Below are positions 17,591 through 27,045 of a stretch of 64,000 nucleotides of DNA, in pieces. This DNA is from a bacterium (GTDB lineage Bacteria > Patescibacteriota > Patescibacteriia > SG8-24), in NCBI GenBank assembly GCA_021824285.1, contig JAKAKZ010000004.1, forward strand, positions 225-64,224, given 5' to 3'. The notes beneath the pieces are model-generated. The model did not search any database and was not told the origin of the DNA. It worked only from the letters and a program-made list of their open reading frames with translations. The position numbers and the translations under genes are program-made. Position 1 is the stretch's first letter. Every line of letters begins with the position of its first letter.

Positions 17591-18235
17591 TTACCGCGTT
17601 GGGAGCGGCCCTGTCCGCCGCGCCCGGCGCCAAGCCCATGCCGTGCCCATGAGTGCGAAGACCGCCCCGACCGCAAAGGGCGCGGTGGCCGGCAGGAAGG
17701 CGGCACGGATATCGCGGTCCAGCACCAGCACGGGCTCGTAGACCTCAACCAGGCCGTAAACCGAGCCGTCGACGTTCCGAAGCGGGACGTAAATCTCGGC
17801 CGCAGCGGCGAATTCGCGTTCAGAAACGTGCTCGCTCTTCTTTTCCTCGATGGTCAGCACGATTTCGCCGCCGAACGCCTCCCGGACCTCCTCGTTGTCC
17901 GGAAACTGCTGGCCGATGATTTCGGCCAGATTCGACCAGAGCACGGTCCCGTCTTTTGCCCACACTTTCATGCGGAAAATGCGCGGCGATTGCACCGCGG
18001 AGTAGAGGGCCCGGAACGCCGCTTGAGCCTCGACGGAGTTGGGGGCGGCGAAATGCTCCGGTCGGATGAGGCCGGCAGCGCGCTCCAGGACCACGCCGGC
18101 GACCTCCGTCTTCTCCAGCTCGATGCGCGCGGCGCGACGCTGGGCGTAGTCCCGCGACAGCAGGGCAGCCGCCCCGACGAGAAGCAGGGCGGAAATAACG
18201 GTCAGGATGACGGCAAAACCGAGACGCCGATTCAT
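17591..18235 (-). CDS. Sensor-domain-only membrane protein, paralogous to the adjacent kinase sensor
   Basis: 2 TMs around RMKVWAKDGTVLWSN...EIYVPL...GLVEVY; no kinase domain. Confidence 0.7.
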   Translation of the reverse strand: MNRRLGFAVILTVISALLLVGAAALLSRDYAQRRAARIELEKTEVAGVVLERAAGLIRPEHFAAPNSVEAQAAFRALYSAVQSPRIFRMKVWAKDGTVLWSNLAEIIGQQFPDNEEVREAFGGEIVLTIEEKKSEHVSEREFAAAAEIYVPLRNVDGSVYGLVEVYEPVLVLDRDIRAAFLPATAPFAVGAVFALMGTAWAWRRARRTGPLPTR

Positions 18236-18457
18236 GGCTATGCTGGTCAGGATGAATACGATTTCATGCATTCATTATACCATGCGCCGACATCCAGGGA
18301 CGACCGGTGCGGCCGAACTGCCGACGGCACCGCGGGGTCACTTGTGCCGGGATTCGCCGCCATCAGCGGCGGGTCTGATGCTTCCGAGAAGGTAATAATA
18401 CGAAAATCCGCCTGAGTGGCGGATTTATCGCGTGGACATTGACGCGCGCCGGACATC

Positions 18458-19132
18458 CTACCGTCCCGCTTCGACCAGTTTACCGTCCTCGACCTCCAGG
18501 TACTTCGAGGTGCCGACCGAGGGCGAATCGCTCATCGGGGCGCCGGCGGGTCGGTCGGCGAAGTTGGCGATGATGCGCCCGTCGCGGATTTCCGTGGGCT
18601 GCGGCGCGACACGGTCACCGAGCAGGAAGGCCCCGGTCCCCTTGTAACCTTCGACGGTCCAAAGGGCGGCGACGACATAGTAAAACAGTCCGCTGCCGCC
18701 TGCGTCTTCCGTAATGATGAAGGCCGCATCCGGCCGACCATCGCCATCCAGGTCACCGACGGCTTCATTCCCGAAATAGCGGATGACGCGCTTCGTGGCC
18801 GCGCCCGGTTCGAGCTCCTGCTCGAAAACCCCGTCCCGCATCGTGACGACCCCATCGCCCATCGTGAACGTCAGGTTCTTCAGCTGCGCGTAAAGCTCGG
18901 CCGACGCGGTTTCGCACTTCTCCTCCCAAATGCGCAGGCATTTCTGTTTTGCCTCGCACCAGGTGTAGCCGGCGGAGCCGATGCAGCCGTGGGCGTCACG
19001 GTCGCCGCCAACAAGAGGGGCGTCCGATCCGCCGCAACCGACGCCGGCAAGGGCCAGAAAGACGGACGAGAGCAGAAGGGTTTTTGCGGCAGTGCGCATA
19101 GCTCCGATGGTTACGTTATTATTTTCTATCAT
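18458..19132 (-). CDS. Lipoprotein with GGDRDAHGCIGSAGYTWC module
   Basis: Lipobox GVGC, Cys module, GDLDGDG motif; the true start may be the internal Met (MRTAAK). Confidence 0.75.
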   Translation of the reverse strand: MIENNNVTIGAMRTAAKTLLLSSVFLALAGVGCGGSDAPLVGGDRDAHGCIGSAGYTWCEAKQKCLRIWEEKCETASAELYAQLKNLTFTMGDGVVTMRDGVFEQELEPGAATKRVIRYFGNEAVGDLDGDGRPDAAFIITEDAGGSGLFYYVVAALWTVEGYKGTGAFLLGDRVAPQPTEIRDGRIIANFADRPAGAPMSDSPSVGTSKYLEVEDGKLVEAGR

Positions 19133-19207
19133 ACGCCGTTCCGCTAAATGGCGCTAATGGGACGAAAAAGGGATCCGGTCGGATCCCTCTTCCGCAAAAG
19201 CGTGCGT

Positions 19208-19315
19208 TTAGCGGCGTTTCTTGCCGCCCTTCTTCGCCTTCTTCGCGCGCTTCGCCTTCTTCGCCGGCTTGCGCTTGGCGAGCTTCTTCGCCTTCTTCTT
19301 CAGCTTCTTGGCCAT
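19208..19315 (-). CDS. 35-aa Lys/Ala-rich histone H1-like peptide (absent from the ORF track)
   Basis: MAKKLKKKAKKLAKRKPAKKAKRAKKAKKGGKKRR*, strongly biased AAG/GCG codons. Confidence 0.7.
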   Translation of the reverse strand: MAKKLKKKAKKLAKRKPAKKAKRAKKAKKGGKKRR

Positions 19316-19700
19316 ATGCGTAGATAGTTATTTTTTTCAATAATTAACCCTCGACCTTTGATTCCGGGCCGCGACTAAGACAAAAACCCGCGGCCGAAAT
19401 TTTCTGAATTCAACATAACATGAGTCCGCCGCGAGACACAATGCTTTTTTGTGGACAAGTGCCGATCCGACGCGACCGACCAGCGCCGCACCGCCTCCCG
19501 TTGCGTCGGCGCGGCTGCCATAAAATGAAAATTTGTTCAATTAAAGGGATTGCGCCGAAATCCCGAAGGCCGGAAGGCGCGCGCCGTGCTCGACGGACAG
19601 GACCATCGGTCTCCAGGACCGCCGACAGCCGCGTCACCGCCTTGACCCGAACCGTTTTTTCCGCTATGGTGGCGGCGCACTTTGAGATCAGGAGGACGCA

Positions 19701-20432
19701 TTGCGCCCGACCCAGACCCACGCCGTCGTGTTCGATTTCGACGGTACGCTGTTGCCGAAAACCCTGGCTTCCGCCATGCGCATCATCGAGCTCAAGCTCT
19801 ACTCGCCGGCGAGCCTGACCCGAGTGGATAGGCACGTCGCCCGGCATAAGGACAGTATCGTGAACGGCACCATCACGCCGCACGATTCCGAGCAGGGCTG
19901 GCGTTTCACGCACGACCTCTACGCCCGCGAAGGCGTGACGCTCGGCCGCGTACGGAAGGCGCTCCGTGACGCGCGGCTGCGCGACGGCGCGGCGGACTGC
20001 CTGCGTCTGCTCCGGCGGCGCGGCATCCCGACGGCCATCATCTCCTGCGGCGTCGCGGCGTTAATCCCGCCCATCCTCGAAGCCAACGGCGTGGCCGATT
20101 GCGTGACCGCGATCTACGCGACGCGTATCGGCTTCGACCGGCGGAGCGGCGCCCTGCTCCCCTACGAGCCGCACCGCCACGTGAGCGCCAAGGACAAGGG
20201 CAACCTCTCCCGGGAGTTCGCCGCGCGGCACGGCGTGGCGCCCGCCAACCTGCTCGCCGTGGGCGACTCGCGCGGCGACCGCAAGCTGGGGCACCTGAAG
20301 AAAAACCGCCTGGGCCTGGCCGCCGACGCCGATGAGGCCGCCCTGCTCGCCCCGTTCATGGGCTGCGTACTCGTCACGAAAAGCTTCCGGCCGGTCACGG
20401 ACTGGCTCCTCAAGAAACTCAAATCCGCCTAG
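19701..20432 (+). CDS. HAD-superfamily hydrolase
   Basis: FDFDGTL motif I, AIIS motif II, K and VGDSRGD motifs; AGGAGG RBS before the TTG. Confidence 0.85.
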   Translation: MRPTQTHAVVFDFDGTLLPKTLASAMRIIELKLYSPASLTRVDRHVARHKDSIVNGTITPHDSEQGWRFTHDLYAREGVTLGRVRKALRDARLRDGAADCLRLLRRRGIPTAIISCGVAALIPPILEANGVADCVTAIYATRIGFDRRSGALLPYEPHRHVSAKDKGNLSREFAARHGVAPANLLAVGDSRGDRKLGHLKKNRLGLAADADEAALLAPFMGCVLVTKSFRPVTDWLLKKLKSA

Positions 20433-20465
20433 TCAGGCGGATTTTTTCGTTCGTCATCCGGCGCC

Positions 20466-20816
20466 TTAGTGCGGGAACAGGAATTCGCCGGCAATCATTA
20501 AAATCCAAAAAGCGGCGATGAAAATCGAGGGAATCAGCCCGAGCCACATGGCCCAAGACCGCTCCCCGGCGCGGTAGGCGCGGACCGAGACGATGAGCGC
20601 GGCGATAGAGAGCCCCAAGACTCCGAAACCGAACAGGAAACCGACCGCGCGTCCGGCGGTCTCGCCGACTAAACCGTCCACGAACGGCCGACCCACGGCC
20701 GCAAAAACGCCGAGCGCCGGCGGGATAAAGAAGGACGCCAACCCGAAACCGCATGCCCACCAGCCGATGTCGGTCTTTGGATGTTCTCGGAAACGGCTGA
20801 TGACGGTCTGCGACAT
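20466..20816 (-). CDS. Small membrane protein (3 TM)
   Basis: Hydrophobic ORF ending GEFLFPH. Confidence 0.7.
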   Translation of the reverse strand: MSQTVISRFREHPKTDIGWWACGFGLASFFIPPALGVFAAVGRPFVDGLVGETAGRAVGFLFGFGVLGLSIAALIVSVRAYRAGERSWAMWLGLIPSIFIAAFWILMIAGEFLFPH

Positions 20817-20830
20817 GGGAATGCGGGACT

Positions 20831-21688
20831 TTATTTGATTGCGCCTTTCTTCACGAATGTCCCGGCTTCGTATTCGGCGAAGGCCTGCCGGATTTCCGCT
20901 TCGGTGTTCATGACGATAGGACCGTACCAGGAAATCGGCTCGCCGAGCGGGCGGCCGGAAACCAGCAGGACGCGGGCGCCGACCGGACCGGCGGTGAATC
21001 GCACGCCCTCCCCTGCCCCGAAGTGGACCACGTGGTCGGCGGTAATGTCCGTCGCGCCGACACCTAAATCAACCGCGCCCTCGGCCACATAGGCGAAAGC
21101 GTTGCGGTCGGCGGGAATATCGTGCGTGAAACCAGCGCCCGCCGGCAGCAGGACATCGAGATATTCCGGCCGCACGGCGAGATCTTCGACCGGACCGGTA
21201 ACGCCGCGGTAGGAGCCGCAGATGACCTTCACTTTTACGCCGCCGTCGGAGGCGACCTCCGGGACCGCGGACGCGCGGATGTCCTGGTAGCGCGGATCGG
21301 CCATCTTGTCCTTGGCCGGCAGGTTCACCCAGAGCTGGAAGCCGCGCATCCGGCCCTCGAACACCTCGGGCATCTCCTCGTGGATGATGCCGCTGCCGGC
21401 GGTCATCCACTGGATATCGCCCGAACCGATGGTGCCTGAATTGCCGAGGCTGTCCTTGTGCCGCACGCTGCCCGCGAAGACGTAGGTCACGGTCTCAATG
21501 CCGCGGTGCGGATGCCACGGGAACCCGAGCAGGTAGTCGCGCGGATCATCGGACCCGAAGTCGTCGAGCAGGAGAAACGGATCGTATTTCGGCACTTCGT
21601 AATAACCGAACGCACGGTGCAGGTGCACGCCCGCGCCTTCGATGGTCGGCTTACTCGCGGCGATATGGTCGACGGGACGGAAGTTCAT
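20831..21688 (-). CDS. Pirin family protein
   Basis: DPFLLLD, HPHRGIETVTY, QWMTAGSGIIHEE, GPIVMNT; start MNFRPV at 21688. Confidence 0.95.
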   Translation of the reverse strand: MNFRPVDHIAASKPTIEGAGVHLHRAFGYYEVPKYDPFLLLDDFGSDDPRDYLLGFPWHPHRGIETVTYVFAGSVRHKDSLGNSGTIGSGDIQWMTAGSGIIHEEMPEVFEGRMRGFQLWVNLPAKDKMADPRYQDIRASAVPEVASDGGVKVKVICGSYRGVTGPVEDLAVRPEYLDVLLPAGAGFTHDIPADRNAFAYVAEGAVDLGVGATDITADHVVHFGAGEGVRFTAGPVGARVLLVSGRPLGEPISWYGPIVMNTEAEIRQAFAEYEAGTFVKKGAIK

Positions 21689-21802
21689 GGGCCGGAAAGT
21701 GAATTGCATTTTGAGGATATCATCTGGGAGGCACATCGGAGAATACGCCGGTCACCTGAAACGAAACCGCCTCGGATTGCCGAGGCGGTCAGCCTTATGG
21801 AT

Positions 21803-24214
21803 TTAGGCGCGGCGCACCGCACCGAACTTCTTGGCGAGCTCGTCCATGATGCCGTTCACCGCCGCGTCGCATTCCTCGGCCGTCAGCGTCCGTTCGGGAT
21901 GGGCGAAGGTCAGGTGCAGGGCCAGGCTCTTGCTGCCGTGGTCCACGCCTTTGCCGCGATAGACGTCGAAAAGCTCGGCATCGACGAGAAGCGGCGCGGC
22001 GCCGCGGATGGCCGCGAGCGTCTCGGCGTACTCGATGCGCTCCGGCACGATGAAGGCCAGGTCGCGCAGGACCGGCGGATAGAGCGGCACAGGCACGTAG
22101 CGGAGCGCGGGCTTGAGGAGCGCGACGAGCGCGGCGACATCCAGATCGAGCGCGGCCGCGCGCACGTCCAGGCCGAACTTCTGGCTGATGGTCGGGTGGA
22201 TTTCCCCCACCGTGCCGACGACCTCGCCGTTCAGGAGCACGCGGGCACTGCGGCCCGGATGCCAGTGCCGATCGTCAGACACGCGCTCCAGAGACAGATC
22301 GCCGGATGCCGGCGGGACGAGCGCTTCAAGCAGTCCCTTCACCTCGCGGAAAAGCGAATCATCGGACGTGCGGCCGTAAGCCACTGCCAAGACGCGCGGC
22401 TTCTCCTCGGGCAGACCCTTGTCGCGCTTCAGGTAGGTCTGGCTGACCTCGAAGACGCGGCCATCCGGGAAGAGACCCTGATTCTGGCTCAAGGTGGAGA
22501 GCGTGGACGGGATAAGCGACGGTCGCATGAACTCGAAGTCTGACGAGAGCGGGTTGGCGATGCGCAAGGCGCCGTCCGGCGAGAAGCCGTAGCGCTCCAG
22601 CTGGTCGCGCGAAATCATCGAGTACTGCAGGAGCTCGGTGTAGCCGGCCGCGCGCAGGAAGTCGCGCAAGCGGTCCTCGAGCGCCAGCACCGGATCGGCC
22701 GGCGCGAGCGGCAGGGTACCCGTCGGCATCTCGGAAGGCAGGTTGTGGTAGCCGTAGATGCGGGCGATCTCCTCGGCGAAGTCACGCTCGTCCTCGATGT
22801 CGCGGACGCGCCAATAAGGCACCGTGACCTCGAAGCGCTGGCTCTTGCCCGCGCCTTTCGGCGTGACGCCGAAGCCGAGCGACTTGAGGATGCCGACCAT
22901 CTCCTTTTTCGGCAGTTGCACGCCGATGAGCTCGGCGGCCTTCTCCGGGCGGAACTGGAACTTGTCCTTGTGGGCCGGAGCGTGGTCGAGATCGACGAGC
23001 GGACTCGCGACACGGCCGCAGGCGACCTTCTGGCAGAGCTCCACGGCGCGCGCGAGCGCGGCGCGGGTCAGCTCCTCGGGCAGGCCCTTCTCGTAGCGGA
23101 GCGAGGAATCGGAATGCAGGTTGAGCGCGCGGGCCGTGCGGCGCACGGACACTGGATCGAAGGTCGCGCACTCGAAGACGATGGTCGTGGTCTTGTCGGT
23201 GACACCGGAATCCTCGCCGCCCATGACGCCGGCGACCGCGACCGGACGGGCGGCATCCGCGATGACCACATGCGCCGCGGCCAGCTCACGCTCCACGCCG
23301 TCGAGCGTCGTGATCCTCTCCCCCGCTTTGGCGTGGCGCACCGTGATGGTGCGGTCCTGCAGCTTCTCGTAGTCGAAGGCGTGCATCGGCTGGCCGTACT
23401 CGAGCATCACGTAATTGGTGATGTCCACGACCGTATTGATGGGCCGGATGCCGGCCATGCGCAGGCGGCTCTTCAGCCACCACGGCGACGGCGTGACACA
23501 CACGTTGTCCATGACCACGGCCAGGTACTTGGTGCAGACCTCCGGTGCCTGGTCCTTGACCGTGAGCGGCAGGACACGGACGGATTTGGACGGTGTCGGG
23601 ATGACGCCTTCGCGCCAGAGGAACTTGCCGCCGAGGATGGCCGCGGCCTCGCGCGCCAGACCGATCATGCTGAAGGCGTCAGGGCGGTTCGTCGTCACTT
23701 CTATATCAAAAACCGTGTCTTCGAGGTCCAAAGCCTTGGCGAGCGGCGTGCCGGGCTTGGATTTGCACCACGAAAGGTCGAGGATCTCCTTCTCCTCGTG
23801 CGGAAAAGCGTCCGCCAGGCCGATTTCGTTGGCGCCGCAGATCATGCCCGCGGACTTGAGGCCGCGGATTTCGGCTGGCTGCAGTTCGACGAGGTCGCCC
23901 TGCCCATGCCAGCGGACCTTGGCGCCGACAAGCGCCACCGCCACCTTCATGCCCACGTTCAGGTTGCTGCCGCCGCAGACAATCTGCGCGACCTCGCCGC
24001 CGATGTCGGTCATGGCGAGGCGCAGCTTGTCCGCGTTCGGGTGCGGCTTGACCTCGACGATGCAGCCGACGACCATGCGGTCGAACGGCGGTGCCTGCGG
24101 ATAGAGACGCTCCACGCCCGGACCGCACAGCGAAACCTTGCGCGCGAACTGTTCGGCGGTCTCCTTCAGGCTGACGAATTCCTTGATCCACTGGTAGGGG
24201 GCGAGGAGGTTCAT
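21803..24214 (-). CDS. pheT: Phenylalanine-tRNA ligase beta subunit
   Basis: HPNADKL, NRPDAFS, VDITNYVMLEYGQPMHAFD, EEIARIYGY, C-terminal FDX-ACB domain. Confidence 0.97.
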   Translation of the reverse strand: MNLLAPYQWIKEFVSLKETAEQFARKVSLCGPGVERLYPQAPPFDRMVVGCIVEVKPHPNADKLRLAMTDIGGEVAQIVCGGSNLNVGMKVAVALVGAKVRWHGQGDLVELQPAEIRGLKSAGMICGANEIGLADAFPHEEKEILDLSWCKSKPGTPLAKALDLEDTVFDIEVTTNRPDAFSMIGLAREAAAILGGKFLWREGVIPTPSKSVRVLPLTVKDQAPEVCTKYLAVVMDNVCVTPSPWWLKSRLRMAGIRPINTVVDITNYVMLEYGQPMHAFDYEKLQDRTITVRHAKAGERITTLDGVERELAAAHVVIADAARPVAVAGVMGGEDSGVTDKTTTIVFECATFDPVSVRRTARALNLHSDSSLRYEKGLPEELTRAALARAVELCQKVACGRVASPLVDLDHAPAHKDKFQFRPEKAAELIGVQLPKKEMVGILKSLGFGVTPKGAGKSQRFEVTVPYWRVRDIEDERDFAEEIARIYGYHNLPSEMPTGTLPLAPADPVLALEDRLRDFLRAAGYTELLQYSMISRDQLERYGFSPDGALRIANPLSSDFEFMRPSLIPSTLSTLSQNQGLFPDGRVFEVSQTYLKRDKGLPEEKPRVLAVAYGRTSDDSLFREVKGLLEALVPPASGDLSLERVSDDRHWHPGRSARVLLNGEVVGTVGEIHPTISQKFGLDVRAAALDLDVAALVALLKPALRYVPVPLYPPVLRDLAFIVPERIEYAETLAAIRGAAPLLVDAELFDVYRGKGVDHGSKSLALHLTFAHPERTLTAEECDAAVNGIMDELAKKFGAVRRA

Positions 24215-24225
24215 ATATGTTGGTT

Positions 24226-24356
24226 AGTTGAGAGTTCGAAGTTGATAGTTGAAAGTTCCGAATCGCAGATGACTTTCAACTTTTCCCGCCTCTTTAGGCG
24301 GGACCCCGCCTTCTTTGACTAAAGATAGGGGGCGGGGCAACTACGAACTTTCAACT
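24226..24356. repeat. Inverted heptamer array interrupted by the twin-hairpin element
   Basis: agttgag agttcga agttgat agttgaa ... actttca acttt[element]ca actacga actttca act. Confidence 0.75.
24284..24337 (+). mobile_element. Twin-hairpin mini-element, copy 2
   Basis: TCCCGCC-tcttta-GGCGGGA CCCCGCC ttctttgactaaagataggg GGCGGGG. Confidence 0.8.
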
Positions 24357-24716
24357 GCCCGACGGCGGAGCGGGCGGCATGGGCGGCTGGACACCGCCGA
24401 TATTCGGTCGTTTGACCATGAAATAATAGAGCAGCCCGGACAGCCAATGAAAGCCGAAAAACAGGCTGACGATCAGGGCCACCACCCAGGTGTTCTTTTC
24501 CGGCCACTCGCGTTTGAGGCAGTCGACCAGCATGAACACCCAGAAGACGAGCAGGGCGACGTTCAGAACCACGATGAAGAGCAGAAACAGCAGCAGGCCG
24601 CCCATGATGCCGGCACCGGCGGCGGCCGGAACGGCGTTGGTCAGGTCCACGGTCTGAGCGAATGCGGCCGTCGGCAGCAGGGAGAGGGCCGCGGCGAGGG
24701 CGAACTTGGTTCTCAT
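24351..24716 (-). CDS. Small membrane protein with PLDc_N-like domain
   Basis: Signal peptide; FWVFMLVDCLKRE...KNTWVVALI...LLYYF pattern. Confidence 0.75.
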   Translation of the reverse strand: MRTKFALAAALSLLPTAAFAQTVDLTNAVPAAAGAGIMGGLLLFLLFIVVLNVALLVFWVFMLVDCLKREWPEKNTWVVALIVSLFFGFHWLSGLLYYFMVKRPNIGGVQPPMPPAPPSGS

Positions 24717-24763
24717 ATGATCGGAAGCTCCAAGCTTTCAGCTTCAAGCTCCAAACTACGTGA

Positions 24764-25825
24764 TTAGAATTGTCTCAAGAACCGGAAATCATTCCGGTAA
24801 AGTTCACGGATGTCGTCGAGCCGCACGCCCGACTTCATCATCATGGTACGCTCCACGCCCCAGCCGAAGGCCAAGGCGCTCCACTCGTCCGGATCCAAGC
24901 CGCCGGCCTTGAGCACGTTGGGGTGCAGCATGCCGGCGCCGCCGAGCTCCAGCCAGCCCTCCTTGCAGAGCCGGCATTTGGCGCCGCTCGCCACGATTCC
25001 CGTACCGCCGCAGACGCCGCAGCTCACGTCGATCTCGAAACTCGGCTCGGTGAAGCGGAAGTGGAACGGGCGCAGGCGCGTCCGGCGGTCGGGACCGAAG
25101 AACTCCTGGGCGAAACGGTCGAGCACGCCCTTGAGGTTCGTGACCGCGATGCCCTTGTCGATGAGCAGGCCCTCGAACTGGTGGAACATCGGGACGTGCG
25201 ACACGTCGATCTGGCGGCGGTAGGTCTTGGAGATGTTGATCATGCGCACCGGCAGGCGGCCCTTCTGGATCTCGCGCACGTCGCCCGAGGTCGTGTGCGG
25301 CGTGAGCACCATCTTGCCGAGCTTGGCGTCCGGCGACGCATCCATGAAGAAGGTCTCCCACTCGTCGCGGGCCGGATGGTCGCCCGGCATGTTGAGCGAC
25401 TCGAAGGCGAACCAGTCCCATTCCACCTCCGGATGGCGCACGCGGGTGAAACCCATGCCGGCGAAGATGCCGGTGATCTCGCGGATGGCCTGGCTCGTCA
25501 GGTGCAGATGGCCCTCCGGCGGACGCTCCCCCGGCACGGTGACGTCGATCCATTCGGTCTCGGCCACGGCGGCCGCGGCGCGAGCGGCGAAGGCCGCGCG
25601 GGCCTCCATGAAAATGCCTTCAATCGTCTTCTTGGCCTCGTTGGCGCGCTGGCCGAACGTGCGCCGGTCCTCCGGCGGCAACGCGCCCAGGCTCTTCATG
25701 AACTGGGAAAACTCGCTCTTGCGGCCGAGATACTCGATCTCCAGCTCTTCGAGCACCTTCAGGTCGCCGACCTGGGCGACCGCGGCCTTGGCCTTTTCGA
25801 TCAGTTCTTCGAGTTTGTTGTGCAT
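24764..25825 (-). CDS. pheS: Phenylalanine-tRNA ligase alpha subunit
   Basis: HPARDEWETF, PMFHQFEGL, FRFTEPSFE, WLELGGAG, AFGWGVER. Confidence 0.97.
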   Translation of the reverse strand: MHNKLEELIEKAKAAVAQVGDLKVLEELEIEYLGRKSEFSQFMKSLGALPPEDRRTFGQRANEAKKTIEGIFMEARAAFAARAAAAVAETEWIDVTVPGERPPEGHLHLTSQAIREITGIFAGMGFTRVRHPEVEWDWFAFESLNMPGDHPARDEWETFFMDASPDAKLGKMVLTPHTTSGDVREIQKGRLPVRMINISKTYRRQIDVSHVPMFHQFEGLLIDKGIAVTNLKGVLDRFAQEFFGPDRRTRLRPFHFRFTEPSFEIDVSCGVCGGTGIVASGAKCRLCKEGWLELGGAGMLHPNVLKAGGLDPDEWSALAFGWGVERTMMMKSGVRLDDIRELYRNDFRFLRQF

Positions 25826-25832
25826 ATCGGCG

Positions 25833-25971
25833 GTTGAAAGTTGAGTGTTGGAAGTTGAGAGTTCCGGTCGATTGTTGAAAACAATAAACTTTTCACTTTT
25901 CCCGCCATTTGGGCGGGACCCCGCCTTCTTTAACTAAAGATAAGTGGCGGGGCAACCCTCAACTCTCAACT
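25833..25971. repeat. Inverted heptamer array interrupted by the twin-hairpin element
   Basis: gttgaa agttgag tgttgga agttgag agtt ... cacttt[element]ca accctca actctca actt; overlaps the rseP stop. Confidence 0.75.
25900..25952 (+). mobile_element. Twin-hairpin mini-element, copy 3
   Basis: TCCCGCC-atttg-GGCGGGA CCCCGCC ttctttaactaaagataagt GGCGGGG. Confidence 0.8.
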
Positions 25972-27045
25972 TCCCGCAAAACGGACGATGTCCTGATAGG
26001 TGACGGCGAGGATGAGCAGGAGCAGGACGGCAAAACCGATGTTGTGGACCACGGCCTCAAAACGCCGGTCCAGCGCGCGGCCACGGACCGCCTCCACCGC
26101 CAGGAAAAAGACGCGGCCGCCGTCGAGCGCCGGAAACGGCAGGATGTTGATGACCGCCAAGTTGACCGAAAGGAGCGCGGTGAACTGGAGCAGGTAGCGG
26201 AAGCCGAGTTTGGCCACTTCCGAAGTCACGACCGCGATGCCCACCGGTCCCGAGAATTCCGCGGTGACCTCGTGCCGCACGAACAGGTCGCGAATGAAAC
26301 CGGCGAACGTGCCGACAATCTCGCTCACGAAGGACCAAGTCGCGCCGAGCCCCTGGATTGGCGCCAGATAGAACGGATATGACACCACGGCCGTGGTCAT
26401 GAGCGCGACGCCGATGCCGGGGCGCCCGGTTTCGGCGAGCGTCACGGGCGTGAGCGGCACGGAAAGCAGCTTGCCGTCGCGCTCAACGGACATGCTCACG
26501 GAACTGCCGTCATGCTCCGCCGTGTACTGGCGCAGGAATTCGATATCTTTGACTTCCTGGCCGTCGACCGAGCGCACGGCATCGCCGGACCGGAGACCGG
26601 CGCGGTCAGCCGGCGAACCGGTCAGCACCGAACCGACGCGGATGCGCACTTCGGAAAGCCGGGCGTAGGCCGGCGGCTCGTCGATGACTTGCGGCAGTCC
26701 GACCATGTAGCCGACCGAGAGCAGGAACCACGCCAGAACCAGGTTCATAAACACGCCGGCGCAAAGGATCAGTGCCTTCTGCCAACGCGGTTTAGCGGCA
26801 TAGGAATCCGGATCCGAGGCGTGCTCGCCGAGCTCGCCCTTGATGCGCACGTAACCGCCGAGCGGCACCCAGTTCACGGCGTAGAGCGTCTTACCGCGCT
26901 TCAGGCCGAAAATCCGCGGCGGAAAGCCGAAAGCGAACTCCTCCACGTGCACGCCGCAGCGGCGCGCCATGGCAAAATGCCCGTACTCGTGCACCAGCAC
27001 GAGTACGGAGAGGACGGCGACGAAAATCAGGATAGTGGTAATCAT
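25966..27045 (-). CDS. rseP: RIP metalloprotease RseP (M50, PDZ)
   Basis: HEYGH, PLGGYV, PDZ domain, NILPFPALDGG. Confidence 0.95.
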   Translation of the reverse strand: MITTILIFVAVLSVLVLVHEYGHFAMARRCGVHVEEFAFGFPPRIFGLKRGKTLYAVNWVPLGGYVRIKGELGEHASDPDSYAAKPRWQKALILCAGVFMNLVLAWFLLSVGYMVGLPQVIDEPPAYARLSEVRIRVGSVLTGSPADRAGLRSGDAVRSVDGQEVKDIEFLRQYTAEHDGSSVSMSVERDGKLLSVPLTPVTLAETGRPGIGVALMTTAVVSYPFYLAPIQGLGATWSFVSEIVGTFAGFIRDLFVRHEVTAEFSGPVGIAVVTSEVAKLGFRYLLQFTALLSVNLAVINILPFPALDGGRVFFLAVEAVRGRALDRRFEAVVHNIGFAVLLLLILAVTYQDIVRFAGS

